Shown one piece after another: positions 10,576-19,595 of a DNA stretch of 64,000 nt. A model generated the notes under the pieces. The model saw only the letters and a list, made by a program, of their open reading frames with translations. It ran no database searches and was not told where the DNA came from. Every line of letters starts with the position of its first letter. Position 1 is the stretch's first letter. Origin of the DNA: an uncultured archaeon (GTDB taxonomy: Archaea > Asgardarchaeota > Thorarchaeia > Thorarchaeales > Thorarchaeaceae); the NCBI GenBank assembly GCA_964558645.1, contig CAZLEV010000009.1, positions 27,568 to 91,567 on the forward strand, given 5' to 3'. The position numbers were made by a program, and so were the translations under genes.

Positions 10576-11025
10576 TCATTTGAGAGCATCAGATGCATCG
10601 GGGTAGAGAAGAACGAAGACAGCCTGATCTAGTTTTAGTATACCTCTATCAACCCAGGCCATAACCATCTCTACATTCTCTTCCGAAGAGATTCTCTCCA
10701 AAGCTGTAAGGGCGGATTTCTTCGTCAAATCATCTTTCAGCAAGTGTTCGATGGTCTGAACAAGAATCATTCTCCTTGCGTCTGGGCTCGTTTCGGTGAG
10801 CCAGTAGAGCAATTCATCCATTGTCCTCTTGTCAACTTCGGTGTTTTGTGCGGCCCCTTCAACAGCATCAGAAATCTGAGACCTCGTGTCGCCATCTCTG
10901 ATGTCTTTCAGCTCACTTTCGATGATGGCCACCAGTGCATCAGTGTTCTCGGGATCGCTCTTCAAGATATCAACAAGTGCGGATCGCGCCTTCAGGGGTC
11001 CAGTTGTGTCTTCTCGGCCGCTCAA
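10576..11025 (-). CDS. Hypothetical helical protein
   Basis: 149-aa ORF with protein-like composition; no recognised motif. Confidence 0.6.
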   Translation of the reverse strand: MSGREDTTGPLKARSALVDILKSDPENTDALVAIIESELKDIRDGDTRSQISDAVEGAAQNTEVDKRTMDELLYWLTETSPDARRMILVQTIEHLLKDDLTKKSALTALERISSEENVEMVMAWVDRGILKLDQAVFVLLYPDASDALK

Positions 11026-11130
11026 TGAAATCTGACTCCAGTATGGTTTTCGAGCTGCTAGTCAAGAACTTGCAGCGTGTGCTAAAATATGTGTCTGGTA
11101 CAGAGTGGGTCACAGGACACTGCTATCTGG

Positions 11131-11315
11131 GTTGGCAAGAAGCATAACCAAGACGGAAACTACTAACAATGCCCATTCTCATTGCATTCGGTGTAGGATC
11201 GACTGGGTCATTAACTCTTGATTCTTGTTGTTTCGTCCAAGGGACGGGTTGAGTAGAGGCCACCTGTTTCCGATTGCCCTCCAACTTCATTAACCCGGTG
11301 AATTCCTTGCCCAAC
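11131..11315. ncRNA. Candidate structured RNA element (multi-stem)
   Basis: Four nested complementary pairs in a ~300-bp intergenic gap (see findings). Family not recognised. Confidence 0.3.
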
Positions 11316-11332
11316 AATGCGGAGGTATGTTG

Positions 11333-12091
11333 CTAGCGAAGCAGGGAGGTCAAATGCTCAATAGATTGGGCTATGAGAAGAGGCTGTGACTTCCTCCCGT
11401 GTTCTTTCATCAGCTCTTCCAGGGAGTGCCCGCGCGCGTTGACCCAGATGGCATCGATCCCCAGGTTTGTGGCGCCAACAACATCAGCATAGTACTCATC
11501 GCCCACATAGAGAGTGGTTGCTGGTTCTGAGTTCAGTTCCCGCATGGCATATCTGAACGGCTCTGCTGACGGCTTGTATGCCTTGACCACAGACCCGTCC
11601 ACGAAAGACTGAAAGAGGTCAGCAATGCCTGCTCGGTCCAGAATTGGTCGAATATGGTTCACGAAAGCATTCGTGATCACACCCATCTGCAACGCCCCTT
11701 CTTGAAGCAGGTTAACCAGGTCTATCACACCCGATTGAAGTTCAGAGAGCTCTAGGTGGTATTTGCTGAAGAGATCCGCAGTTTTCTTCGGCAGCTCTTC
11801 GTCGAAAGAGATTCCGATGTCATGGAGAGATCTTGATAGAGCATCACGCACAACTTCAATGGGGTACTTGTAGGGGGCACCGCCCGCAATCTCCCGGATC
11901 TGCCCGAAGTAATGTTCGAGCAAATACGGAACGTATTCATCGAAGCGCACTTCAGCCTCTTGACCGATCTGTCTTAGCAGCCAGCGGCTTGCTGTCAGCG
12001 GGTAATGCTTGGTGTCAGTCAAGGTGTTGTCTAAGTCGAAGACTACGGCCTCGTAGTTCGCTAAGGATACCGGCGCCACCTGAAGACGCAT
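11333..12091 (-). CDS. HAD-superfamily hydrolase
   Basis: FDLDNTL, ITN, KP, YVGDEYYADVVGA. Confidence 0.9.
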   Translation of the reverse strand: MRLQVAPVSLANYEAVVFDLDNTLTDTKHYPLTASRWLLRQIGQEAEVRFDEYVPYLLEHYFGQIREIAGGAPYKYPIEVVRDALSRSLHDIGISFDEELPKKTADLFSKYHLELSELQSGVIDLVNLLQEGALQMGVITNAFVNHIRPILDRAGIADLFQSFVDGSVVKAYKPSAEPFRYAMRELNSEPATTLYVGDEYYADVVGATNLGIDAIWVNARGHSLEELMKEHGRKSQPLLIAQSIEHLTSLLR

Positions 12092-12097
12092 CTCCGC

Positions 12098-12871
12098 TTA
12101 ATCGCCGCCCTTGCTCAAGTATATCCCATTGGGGTCCAAGCGATGCATGATATCGATCTGATCCTGAGTCGGCACTTCTGTGACTGGTACGTCATCGGGC
12201 ACGATCAAGTCAAACATGACATTATCAAGAACGTCTTGGACAGAGTATCCTGGATGTACTGAGGCAAGCCTGATTCTGAGGGTGTCTGGGTCGAAGTCCA
12301 TCTGGCACATGTCAGTGATAACCACCTCAGGTCCGCCTCCGACCATGGACCATTTCTCCCTCGATCCCGGCCCGTCCAGGTGCCCGGGACTCGTTCGATA
12401 GTCCAGTTCCTTCACGAACTTCCGTTTGTCATGTGTCATCATAATGATCAACCTCTTGGCAGAAGAGGCGATGTCATTACCGCCACCACTCCCCGGCAGT
12501 CGGACTTTTGGATTCTCAAAACCACCGATGTATGTCGTGTTCAGATTCCCGTATTCATCTATTTGAGCAGCTCCGAGAAAGCCTACATCTATCCGACCCG
12601 CTTGAAGGATGAAACCCAAGGTCTCAATCAGTCCGATAGCAGCAGCTGACCTGTAATAGTATCGCGAGTCTGCAACCGAGAGAGGCACATTCCGTGGTCG
12701 GGCATCAATGAAACCGGCCTCGGAGATCAGATTTGCATTAGGTGCATGGGTTTCTTTGGCCAAGAGGGCAGCCAGAAGAGGAAGTCCTGTTCCACCAAAG
12801 ACGTTCTCACGATCTCTTACATGACGAGACGCACACGCTGCCAGAAACTCGATTTTGCTATAGGTAACCAT
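12098..12871 (-). CDS. Family I CoA-transferase subunit B (glutaconate CoA-transferase GctB-like)
   Basis: GTGLP, ISEAG (catalytic Glu position), GFLGAAQIDEYGNLNTT, RLPGSGGGND. ATG 12871 follows an AGGAGGAG SD. Confidence 0.85.
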   Translation of the reverse strand: MVTYSKIEFLAACASRHVRDRENVFGGTGLPLLAALLAKETHAPNANLISEAGFIDARPRNVPLSVADSRYYYRSAAAIGLIETLGFILQAGRIDVGFLGAAQIDEYGNLNTTYIGGFENPKVRLPGSGGGNDIASSAKRLIIMMTHDKRKFVKELDYRTSPGHLDGPGSREKWSMVGGGPEVVITDMCQMDFDPDTLRIRLASVHPGYSVQDVLDNVMFDLIVPDDVPVTEVPTQDQIDIMHRLDPNGIYLSKGGD

Positions 12872-12884
12872 AATATTCTCCTCC

Positions 12885-13796
12885 TTAGTACCCCCATGGT
12901 CTTCGTGCACGCAGGCTACAGAGATGTTCCCAGCCGACGAGCTCAAGATATGCATAGTGATTCTCGACACTCAGGATGTAGTTCTCCAGGTATTCCTGCC
13001 AGCCCTCCTCGGTCTTGGTCATCTTGTGAAACATCTGTAGGTGACCAAGGTCATAGTCATAATAGTCGTGACATTCCACAGGATGTGCAACATACGGAAG
13101 AATGACAACATGGTCAACGTACATTGCTGGAATCTTAGTCTGGTCAGGTCTGGTCCTTATCTCTTCCTGATCAATAAGCTCCTCTGCAAGCACAATCAAC
13201 TTCTTACCACAGCGAGATCCCTCTAGGTCTTCGCCAACAATACCATCAATCTGTGCGTTTCCGGCCTGATCGACTCTCTGAACATGGACTATGCTGAAGT
13301 CTGGCTGAAGAGAGGGTACAAGACATATCTTGTCGCCTGTGAAGGGGCAGTCGATAATCTCAAGTTTCTTCTCTCTGTACCGGGACATCTCAACCATATC
13401 GGTTCCCATGAGGCTCCGTATTGGCATGAACGGTACATTTAACGCCCCTCCAAGAAAGCGCATTGCCATCGCGAGATTGCTGTAATCCTCAATCTCGACC
13501 TTTCCCTCTGCAACTCGACGGCGCATGTTATTCGCAAGACCCAAAGCCTCTATTGCGACAAAGGCAATCTCGAATCGAGATGCTACTCCAGCACCGGCCA
13601 TGATCTCTAGGTCAACCTCAGATCCACAGGTATGAATCGTCAAGTTCCGTTTCTTCTGACGAACAAGCTCGTGTGCAAAAGCGATTGGAGCCCGTTGGTA
13701 CCCAAAGCCACCCCAGAAGAGGTCCGACCCGTTTGGAACCAGCTTCGCAGCTTCTTCCAGTGTTATTCGCTTGTCTTCTATCTCTGCCTCAGTCAA
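12885..13796 (-). CDS. Family I CoA-transferase subunit A (GctA-like)
   Basis: GGF..QRAPIAFAHELVRQ, GALNVPFMP, HVQRVDQAGN; in tandem with subunit B. Confidence 0.85.
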   Translation of the reverse strand: MTEAEIEDKRITLEEAAKLVPNGSDLFWGGFGYQRAPIAFAHELVRQKKRNLTIHTCGSEVDLEIMAGAGVASRFEIAFVAIEALGLANNMRRRVAEGKVEIEDYSNLAMAMRFLGGALNVPFMPIRSLMGTDMVEMSRYREKKLEIIDCPFTGDKICLVPSLQPDFSIVHVQRVDQAGNAQIDGIVGEDLEGSRCGKKLIVLAEELIDQEEIRTRPDQTKIPAMYVDHVVILPYVAHPVECHDYYDYDLGHLQMFHKMTKTEEGWQEYLENYILSVENHYAYLELVGWEHLCSLRARRPWGY

Positions 13797-13934
13797 GGTG
13801 TTTACCTACCTAAGTCAACTGCGACTGTACCTTGACCGCCTACACAGCCTGCCTTTTATCTTTGACGCGACAGATGATATGGACTTGCGTAATCTGCTTG
13901 CGAAGGCTGAGGCATTTGCTCGGTTGGGAATCTC

Positions 13935-14273
13935 TCAAGGAAGTAGCAGGATGATGAACAGGCCAAGCACGAAGGGGATAAGCACACCAACAATGCAGAT
14001 ACATGCTAGGCAGCGGATTCTTGCGTCACTGGTCGCCCCCATTTGAGTGGCCTTCGGGCATAGACCACCTTGAATAATCCTAGGGCCAAACGGTCCTCTC
14101 TGAACCTGGACTCTTTCGTTCTTATATGTGGTTGGTAGGACTCCAAATCCCGAGATGTACTCGAAGACCCCATCGCAGCTAGCACACTGCATTGTCACAG
14201 CCTCGTCATCCGGTAGGTCTTCACGAACGGTAAGAAGTGACGTGCAATATGGGCAGTACAGCTCTACAGGCAA
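13935..14273 (-). CDS. Zinc-ribbon protein with C-terminal TM helix
   Basis: CPYC...CASC, then a Cys-rich hydrophobic C-terminus. TTG start at 14273 assumed. Confidence 0.6.
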   Translation of the reverse strand: MPVELYCPYCTSLLTVREDLPDDEAVTMQCASCDGVFEYISGFGVLPTTYKNERVQVQRGPFGPRIIQGGLCPKATQMGATSDARIRCLACICIVGVLIPFVLGLFIILLLP

Positions 14274-14391
14274 GGCTTGGTTATTCTCCAGCAGCCAACA
14301 GGAATCTCTGTTAGATATAAGCAACGTGTAGCTCGAGGACCGGTATTGAACCGCGATTCTCTTATAGCCCTAGACAACGAAACTACACAAC

Positions 14392-15030
14392 ATGAAATCG
14401 GTTATTCACCAGAACAAAGATAGAATGCTGCGTATGGGGATAGTGAGCCCCCTCGTTGCTCTTCTCTGTATTGCAGTTGCTATCCCGCTTTCCCCGTGGT
14501 TCACATGGTTCGGAAACGCGCTCAGTGATCTTGGGAACTACAATAATGGAGTTGCAGTGGCGATTCTATTCAACAGCGGTCTCGTGATCTCCGGCCTATC
14601 CGCCCTTCTCTTCACCGTATGGTTTCTATCCAGAACCGTGAGTATCCCCACGAAGATAGGGTTGTTCCTATTTGCTGTTTCAGATGCCTTTCTTGTCCTA
14701 GTTGGGATTCTCTCTGAGAACGCAGGAGGCATTCATTTCATTGTTTCCGTGGGTTTCTTTGCGACGTTCCCCTTTGCGATGTGGATTGTTGGTGCTGACT
14801 TCTTGAGATTCAACAAGACCCGTCTGTATGCGGTGCCATCACTCTTGCTTCCATTTGCTTCACTCTACTTCTGGTATATCACATTCGGAGGGGTAGCGCC
14901 ATGGTCAGGCGTCGCGATACCCGAGATAGTGACGGCACTCACCGCAATCGTCTGGCTCTATCTGCTGTGTGGCATGATTCTCACGAACGCGTTCCCTGAA
15001 CAAGTCTGGAAATATGAGCGAACCTCCTAA
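14392..15030 (+). CDS. DUF998-like membrane protein
   Basis: PWF.W..NALSDLG, FN.GL, H..VS..FF, AIPE. Confidence 0.75.
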   Translation: MKSVIHQNKDRMLRMGIVSPLVALLCIAVAIPLSPWFTWFGNALSDLGNYNNGVAVAILFNSGLVISGLSALLFTVWFLSRTVSIPTKIGLFLFAVSDAFLVLVGILSENAGGIHFIVSVGFFATFPFAMWIVGADFLRFNKTRLYAVPSLLLPFASLYFWYITFGGVAPWSGVAIPEIVTALTAIVWLYLLCGMILTNAFPEQVWKYERTS

Positions 15031-15045
15031 GCTCGCCTTGGCATC

Positions 15046-15921
15046 TCATTCACCAGAGTACATGACTCTCTTCTTTGCCAGAAACTCGGATTCTGCACGA
15101 GTGAATCCCTCTGCGTAAAGATAGTCGAGAATCTCTTCATGAGTGTCCTGTACCCAGAAGACCGCCCTTTGAGTCTTCATCTCGTAGAGGGCGGCTTTCA
15201 CGACATCACGACCATACCCTTCGCGGTAGCTGAATGAAACAACAGTGGAATCCCCAATTTCGAAATTTGGCTCAAGATGGATGAAACCAACAACAAGATT
15301 GCTCTCAGGTTCACTCAGAGCATAGCAGTTGCCCCCACGAATTGTATACTCCCATGTTTCACGGTCTCTCCGACCCCAGTAGGTGTCGGGTTCCAGATGG
15401 ATGAAGAGGGGGATGTGCTCTAGTCGCGCAATCCCCACCTGGAGCTCACACTCTTCTGGACGAGCAGTAGTCGGTCCATCAAGACGCAGAATTAAGCTCT
15501 GAATCCCATATCCCAGAGTTTCTACAAATGATATCGCACCCGTGCTATGTGTCTTGAGGGCTATTGCAAAATGGGTCAGAGCGCGATTGAGGTTGACAAA
15601 ATTCTCCTCGGATTTCTCAACTAGTTTCTGACCAACGCCTTTCTTTCGCCACTCCGGCACAACTGCCAGCTCCCAGATTGCACCCCAGCCTAGGCTTCGA
15701 AGCATGAGGTTGATCGCAATACCAACAATCTCATCGCCTACCACGGCAACCCTCCAGAGCCTCTCCAGTTCTCCACTGATTTTGCTGCGGTTCCACCATC
15801 TTGAGAAGCCGTCATACGTGAGCTTGTCCACATCAGGAAACCCAGTCTCATAGACCTTGTAGCAATCTATCTTGTCCTTCTCGTTTGGAGGGCGAATTAT
15901 GATATCATCCATTGTCGTCAC
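15046..15921 (-). CDS. GNAT acetyltransferase, probably tandem domains
   Basis: LAVVPEWRKKGVGQKLV motif A; C-terminal YLYAEGF. Confidence 0.8.
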   Translation of the reverse strand: MTTMDDIIIRPPNEKDKIDCYKVYETGFPDVDKLTYDGFSRWWNRSKISGELERLWRVAVVGDEIVGIAINLMLRSLGWGAIWELAVVPEWRKKGVGQKLVEKSEENFVNLNRALTHFAIALKTHSTGAISFVETLGYGIQSLILRLDGPTTARPEECELQVGIARLEHIPLFIHLEPDTYWGRRDRETWEYTIRGGNCYALSEPESNLVVGFIHLEPNFEIGDSTVVSFSYREGYGRDVVKAALYEMKTQRAVFWVQDTHEEILDYLYAEGFTRAESEFLAKKRVMYSGE

Positions 15922-16110
15922 CTAGTCTGTCCCGTAACAGGAACACATCAGTTGAGGTATAGACTGAAGATTTCTCAGCCGTCATATCTTCAGTAATGAC
16001 GCTCAGAATAAGGGTGATTCTTTGATGCATTTCACAGTTTCGCTTTAGAGCAGAAAGACCGCGTATTCGTTTCCATACTGATTGGAACCAGCCGCTAAAG
16101 CTGATTCTGA

Positions 16111-16152
16111 ACAACAAAAAGGAGTAGAGGGCTCGACTGAGCCCTAGACTCT
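16111..16152 (-). terminator. Hairpin plus T-tract after the HdrD-like gene
   Basis: Stem AGGGCTC-agtc-GAGCCCT (16128-16145), followed on the minus strand by CTACTCCTTTTTGTTGTT. Confidence 0.55.
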
Positions 16153-16155
16153 GTT

Positions 16156-17463
16156 TCAAAGCAGCTGATCAAGAAGCTCCAGCAGCTCGACAATCTCTAG
16201 CTTAGACCCTAGATGCGAGAGATCCTTTCCAGTCTCCTCCTCTTCTTCTCTGAGCGCCTTCACCGCGTCATTGAAGTTGGTCACGCAGAACGGACAGCTT
16301 GTCATGAGTACTTCAGCACCAGTTGATGCTGCCTCGCGTATTCGTTCCTTCGCCGTAGATAGAGCCATATCTGGAAACTGCGTCTTCACACCACCGCCGG
16401 CACCACAGCAGAAGCTGTCCCCCTTTATGCGGTACATCTCCTTGAGTTCTAAACCAGGAATGGCCCGAAGAACCTCCCGGGGTCTCTCAAACCATGCCTC
16501 TTTGGCCTTCTCGGCCTTTCTGCTGTCAAGCAACCAGTTCTGCGACTTATCCAGCATCTCTTTCTCTATATCGATACCCACGTGCCTCACACTGTGACAC
16601 GGGTCGTGCCATGTGACCTTCTTGTTGTATGGCTTGGTTATCTTGAGGCTCCCATCCTGAAGCATATCCCATACAATGTCAAGAGTGTGCTTGACTTCAA
16701 AGGGTAAGGGTTTACCACTCATGCGAGGATAATCGTTCCGGATGGTCTTGAAGCAGCCAGCACAGGAGAATGTCAAGATATCGAAGTCTTTGAATATCTC
16801 CAGGTTCTGATTCATCAGCTCATCAAAAGTCGCTTTCTGGCCAGTACGCAAGATTGGCGATCCACAGCATACCTCATCACTCATCACGGTGAAGTCTATG
16901 CCGAGTTTCTCAAGAATGCTTGCTGTGTGCTGAGCAATGTGCTGCTGTCGATATGCCCCAGTGCAACCAACGAAGTATGCGACCTTTGCATCCTTCTTGT
17001 CGACAGCACCGCCAAACCACTTGGTACGCTCGGCCCGTGGTTCGTTGTATGGGTTCCGCAGGTCTTCCTGCATGACCCGGTCACCGATGAGCTTGTGACG
17101 CTTGAGAGGCTCCACGCCTGACTCGATGATTGCCGCCCTCAGCTCCTCAATGATGTGAACGGTGTTGATATAGTTTGGACACTGGTTCTCACACATTCCA
17201 CAAGTTGTACAGGCCTCAACAACCTCAAGCATCTCCTGAGACGGTTCGATTTCGCCATTCAGAAATGCGCGGGCAATCCACTGTTTGCCACTGTTGAAGT
17301 AGCCTTCCCACTCATTGTAGATACCTGCGGGGCACCCCTGCAGCATGCCGGTGAATTCCTCGTCGTGGCCCTCTTTGTCTGGCTCACCCGAATACGCGTA
17401 CTGACACGCCCTGCAGTGGATGCATCGAGCGTTGATTCTCCTCAGTTCTTCCAGACTTGTCAT
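16156..17463 (-). CDS. HdrD/GlpC-like Fe-S oxidoreductase (two 4Fe-4S plus two CCG domains)
   Basis: CIHCRAC, CTTCGMCENQCP, CCGSP, HDPCH, CCGAGGG, SCPFC. Start ATG 17463 assumed. Confidence 0.88.
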   Translation of the reverse strand: MTSLEELRRINARCIHCRACQYAYSGEPDKEGHDEEFTGMLQGCPAGIYNEWEGYFNSGKQWIARAFLNGEIEPSQEMLEVVEACTTCGMCENQCPNYINTVHIIEELRAAIIESGVEPLKRHKLIGDRVMQEDLRNPYNEPRAERTKWFGGAVDKKDAKVAYFVGCTGAYRQQHIAQHTASILEKLGIDFTVMSDEVCCGSPILRTGQKATFDELMNQNLEIFKDFDILTFSCAGCFKTIRNDYPRMSGKPLPFEVKHTLDIVWDMLQDGSLKITKPYNKKVTWHDPCHSVRHVGIDIEKEMLDKSQNWLLDSRKAEKAKEAWFERPREVLRAIPGLELKEMYRIKGDSFCCGAGGGVKTQFPDMALSTAKERIREAASTGAEVLMTSCPFCVTNFNDAVKALREEEEETGKDLSHLGSKLEIVELLELLDQLL

Positions 17464-17527
17464 CTCAATCTCGCCTCCATTCGATGGTTCGCATTTAAAG
17501 TTACGGACTGTAACCAAAATACCATGA

Positions 17528-19126
17528 TTAGTCACTCTCCTTACAGGGATTAGGCATGTCAGTTACAGACTCCCAAGGTATCGCCAGCCGTCCCGGATGC
17601 AAAATCAGGTTCGGGTCCAAGACCTTTCGGAACTTCACCAGCATCTTGTAGTAATCAGGAATGCGGCTGAAGGTCTCGGGTGCATGTACAAAGGGATCCG
17701 GCCTGTAGTTCATCCAGCCCTTCTTCAGGAATGACTTTGTGGTCTCCCTGTTGAACTTCTCGATCTTGTCGTAGATTCCCTCTTCTGTGCTGTCAAAGCA
17801 AAGGATGGGCATGACAATGGCCTGACGGGCATGGTCAATGGATGCGACCCACATCGTTGGTGGGAAGCCATACTCTTCCATCTTGGCGCAGTACTCAGTC
17901 ATGCATGCCGGGCTCTCGAGCCACGGCACATACCAGGTGATGAATAGGAATCCAGCCTGCCATAGAGAGTAGGGAATAGCAATTTTATTGGGCTTCTTGA
18001 GCCTTGAAGCCACCTGTTTTGGATGGAGATCCCATCGAGGGCAGCTCGTGTTATTCTCTTTTTCATAGTCCTTGTAGATTCGCTCAATCTCGCTGATGGT
18101 GAACTCGAGTTCCTTCTCGCTCCATGCCCAAATCTCATAGTTCATCCAGTACTCGCTGAGGCCTATCTTGTTATAGAACTCATAATCGACAGGAACATTT
18201 GTCTTGGGCCAGCGGGTCATTACTAGTGGCCAGTTACCACCCTGAACCATGACAGTTCGTTCGCTGATTCCCATCTCATGCTTTGATATCTCCCAAGCCG
18301 GTCTGACGATGTCATCCCAGTTCTCTCCGCCGAAGGCAATGACAGTCTTGTGGTGCGGATGAGGCACCATCTTGATAGCCGCCTTCGTGATGATCCCCAT
18401 AGATCCCTGTGACCCAAGGAAAAGGCCATCAGGATTGGGACCAGGGCCCCATCTGTAGTAAGGCTTGGCACCTGGCAGAGCCCAAGATCCGGTTCGGAAT
18501 ATGTCACCCGTGGGAAGAACCACTTCCAGACCCATGATCATGTCTGCCTGGGGCCCGTAGACGCCAGTGACAAGAGAGAAGCCCCTCTCGATAGCATCTC
18601 CGAGCACGGTCGCAGCTGGCGGGGCACCATCAGGTATAGGAGGCGCCCACTCGGGGTATTTTGTCTTGAAGATACGCCAGGCATCACCGGATTTGAGTCC
18701 GGGTTCCACGACCATGACTCGATTCTCAACATCAACTTCGAGGCCGTCCATGCGGGTCATGTCCATGTATATGCCACCCGGCTCGATAGCGGGCAGGGCA
18801 AATCCCCCACTCAGTCCTCCTGCGGCGGGTGTGACCGGAATCTTCTTCTCATTGGCCAGAATCAGAATCTGGGAGACCTCTTGTGCGTCCTTCGGGCGGA
18901 TGATAGCCTCGGGTAGGACAGCCTCCAGACCCATGATGCCTCTGGCCATGTAGCTGTGACGAAGTGGCTCACTGGTCGTGACATACTCTGTTCCGACTAT
19001 GTCTTCCAGCTTCTTGACCACATCGTCGGTCACGCTGTTGTACACTTGATATATCCTCCATTTGGCATCTCGTACGGTCTTCTTCGGTAGTAAGGGGCGC
19101 CTTGGAGTCCCCCCATAAATAGGCAT
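17528..19126 (-). CDS. FAD-binding oxidoreductase (GlcD/D-lactate dehydrogenase family)
   Basis: IRP.DAQEV, GGLSGG, VEPG, GLEVVLPTG, GSQGSMGIITK, LDPNLILHPG. Confidence 0.85.
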   Translation of the reverse strand: MPIYGGTPRRPLLPKKTVRDAKWRIYQVYNSVTDDVVKKLEDIVGTEYVTTSEPLRHSYMARGIMGLEAVLPEAIIRPKDAQEVSQILILANEKKIPVTPAAGGLSGGFALPAIEPGGIYMDMTRMDGLEVDVENRVMVVEPGLKSGDAWRIFKTKYPEWAPPIPDGAPPAATVLGDAIERGFSLVTGVYGPQADMIMGLEVVLPTGDIFRTGSWALPGAKPYYRWGPGPNPDGLFLGSQGSMGIITKAAIKMVPHPHHKTVIAFGGENWDDIVRPAWEISKHEMGISERTVMVQGGNWPLVMTRWPKTNVPVDYEFYNKIGLSEYWMNYEIWAWSEKELEFTISEIERIYKDYEKENNTSCPRWDLHPKQVASRLKKPNKIAIPYSLWQAGFLFITWYVPWLESPACMTEYCAKMEEYGFPPTMWVASIDHARQAIVMPILCFDSTEEGIYDKIEKFNRETTKSFLKKGWMNYRPDPFVHAPETFSRIPDYYKMLVKFRKVLDPNLILHPGRLAIPWESVTDMPNPCKESD

Positions 19127-19227
19127 CGAATGTTGACTTACGGAGGTGGACGTGCGACACCCACCTCCTAGAAGAACATCCTTCGAAGACAGAGGTGCAT
19201 CCTCTTCTCAACCACCACTGCAGGGCT

Positions 19228-19518
19228 TTACGTGATGGCTTCATCGGGTCTTATACTCTGTGTCCCCATGTGCCCAATCGCAGGTCTTCCATTGACTATG
19301 AGTGCATCAGACACTGAGGTTGACCTATCATCACGAGGGAGGCCATGGTCTATGTACTCATATCTCTCTCAGGTCCTATTATCAGGTTCATCAGGGGCCA
19401 ATACCGGGTCCTGCTCTTCGTCAACACTTGATGGTCGCCAGAACAGGTGGAGGGAAACAACCGCCACAATCAGGACCAGCCCGATTGCAACCGCAGCACC
19501 CATCTTTCGTCGGTTCAT
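19228..19518 (-). pseudogene. Decayed gene for a membrane-anchored or secreted protein, with an in-frame TGA
   Basis: MNRRKMGAAVAIGLVLIVAVVSLHLFW signal anchor; TGA at 19371-19369; frame continues ERYEYIDHG...NGRPAIG to TAA at 19228. Confidence 0.45.
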
Positions 19519-19595
19519 GAGACCACCCAGTTTTCTTTAGTTACAATCTGAAACTATTAAGGCTTTGGTAAGACTGAGATGATGATAGAACCCGT

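Noticed and set aside
11229-11250. Minus-strand GTCC-ctt-GGAC-GAAAC resembling a hammerhead ribozyme stem II
   Set aside because: The required CUGANGA core is absent upstream.
11123-11317. 64-aa minus-strand ORF
   Set aside because: No motif or SD-like site; the region is better explained as non-coding or structured.
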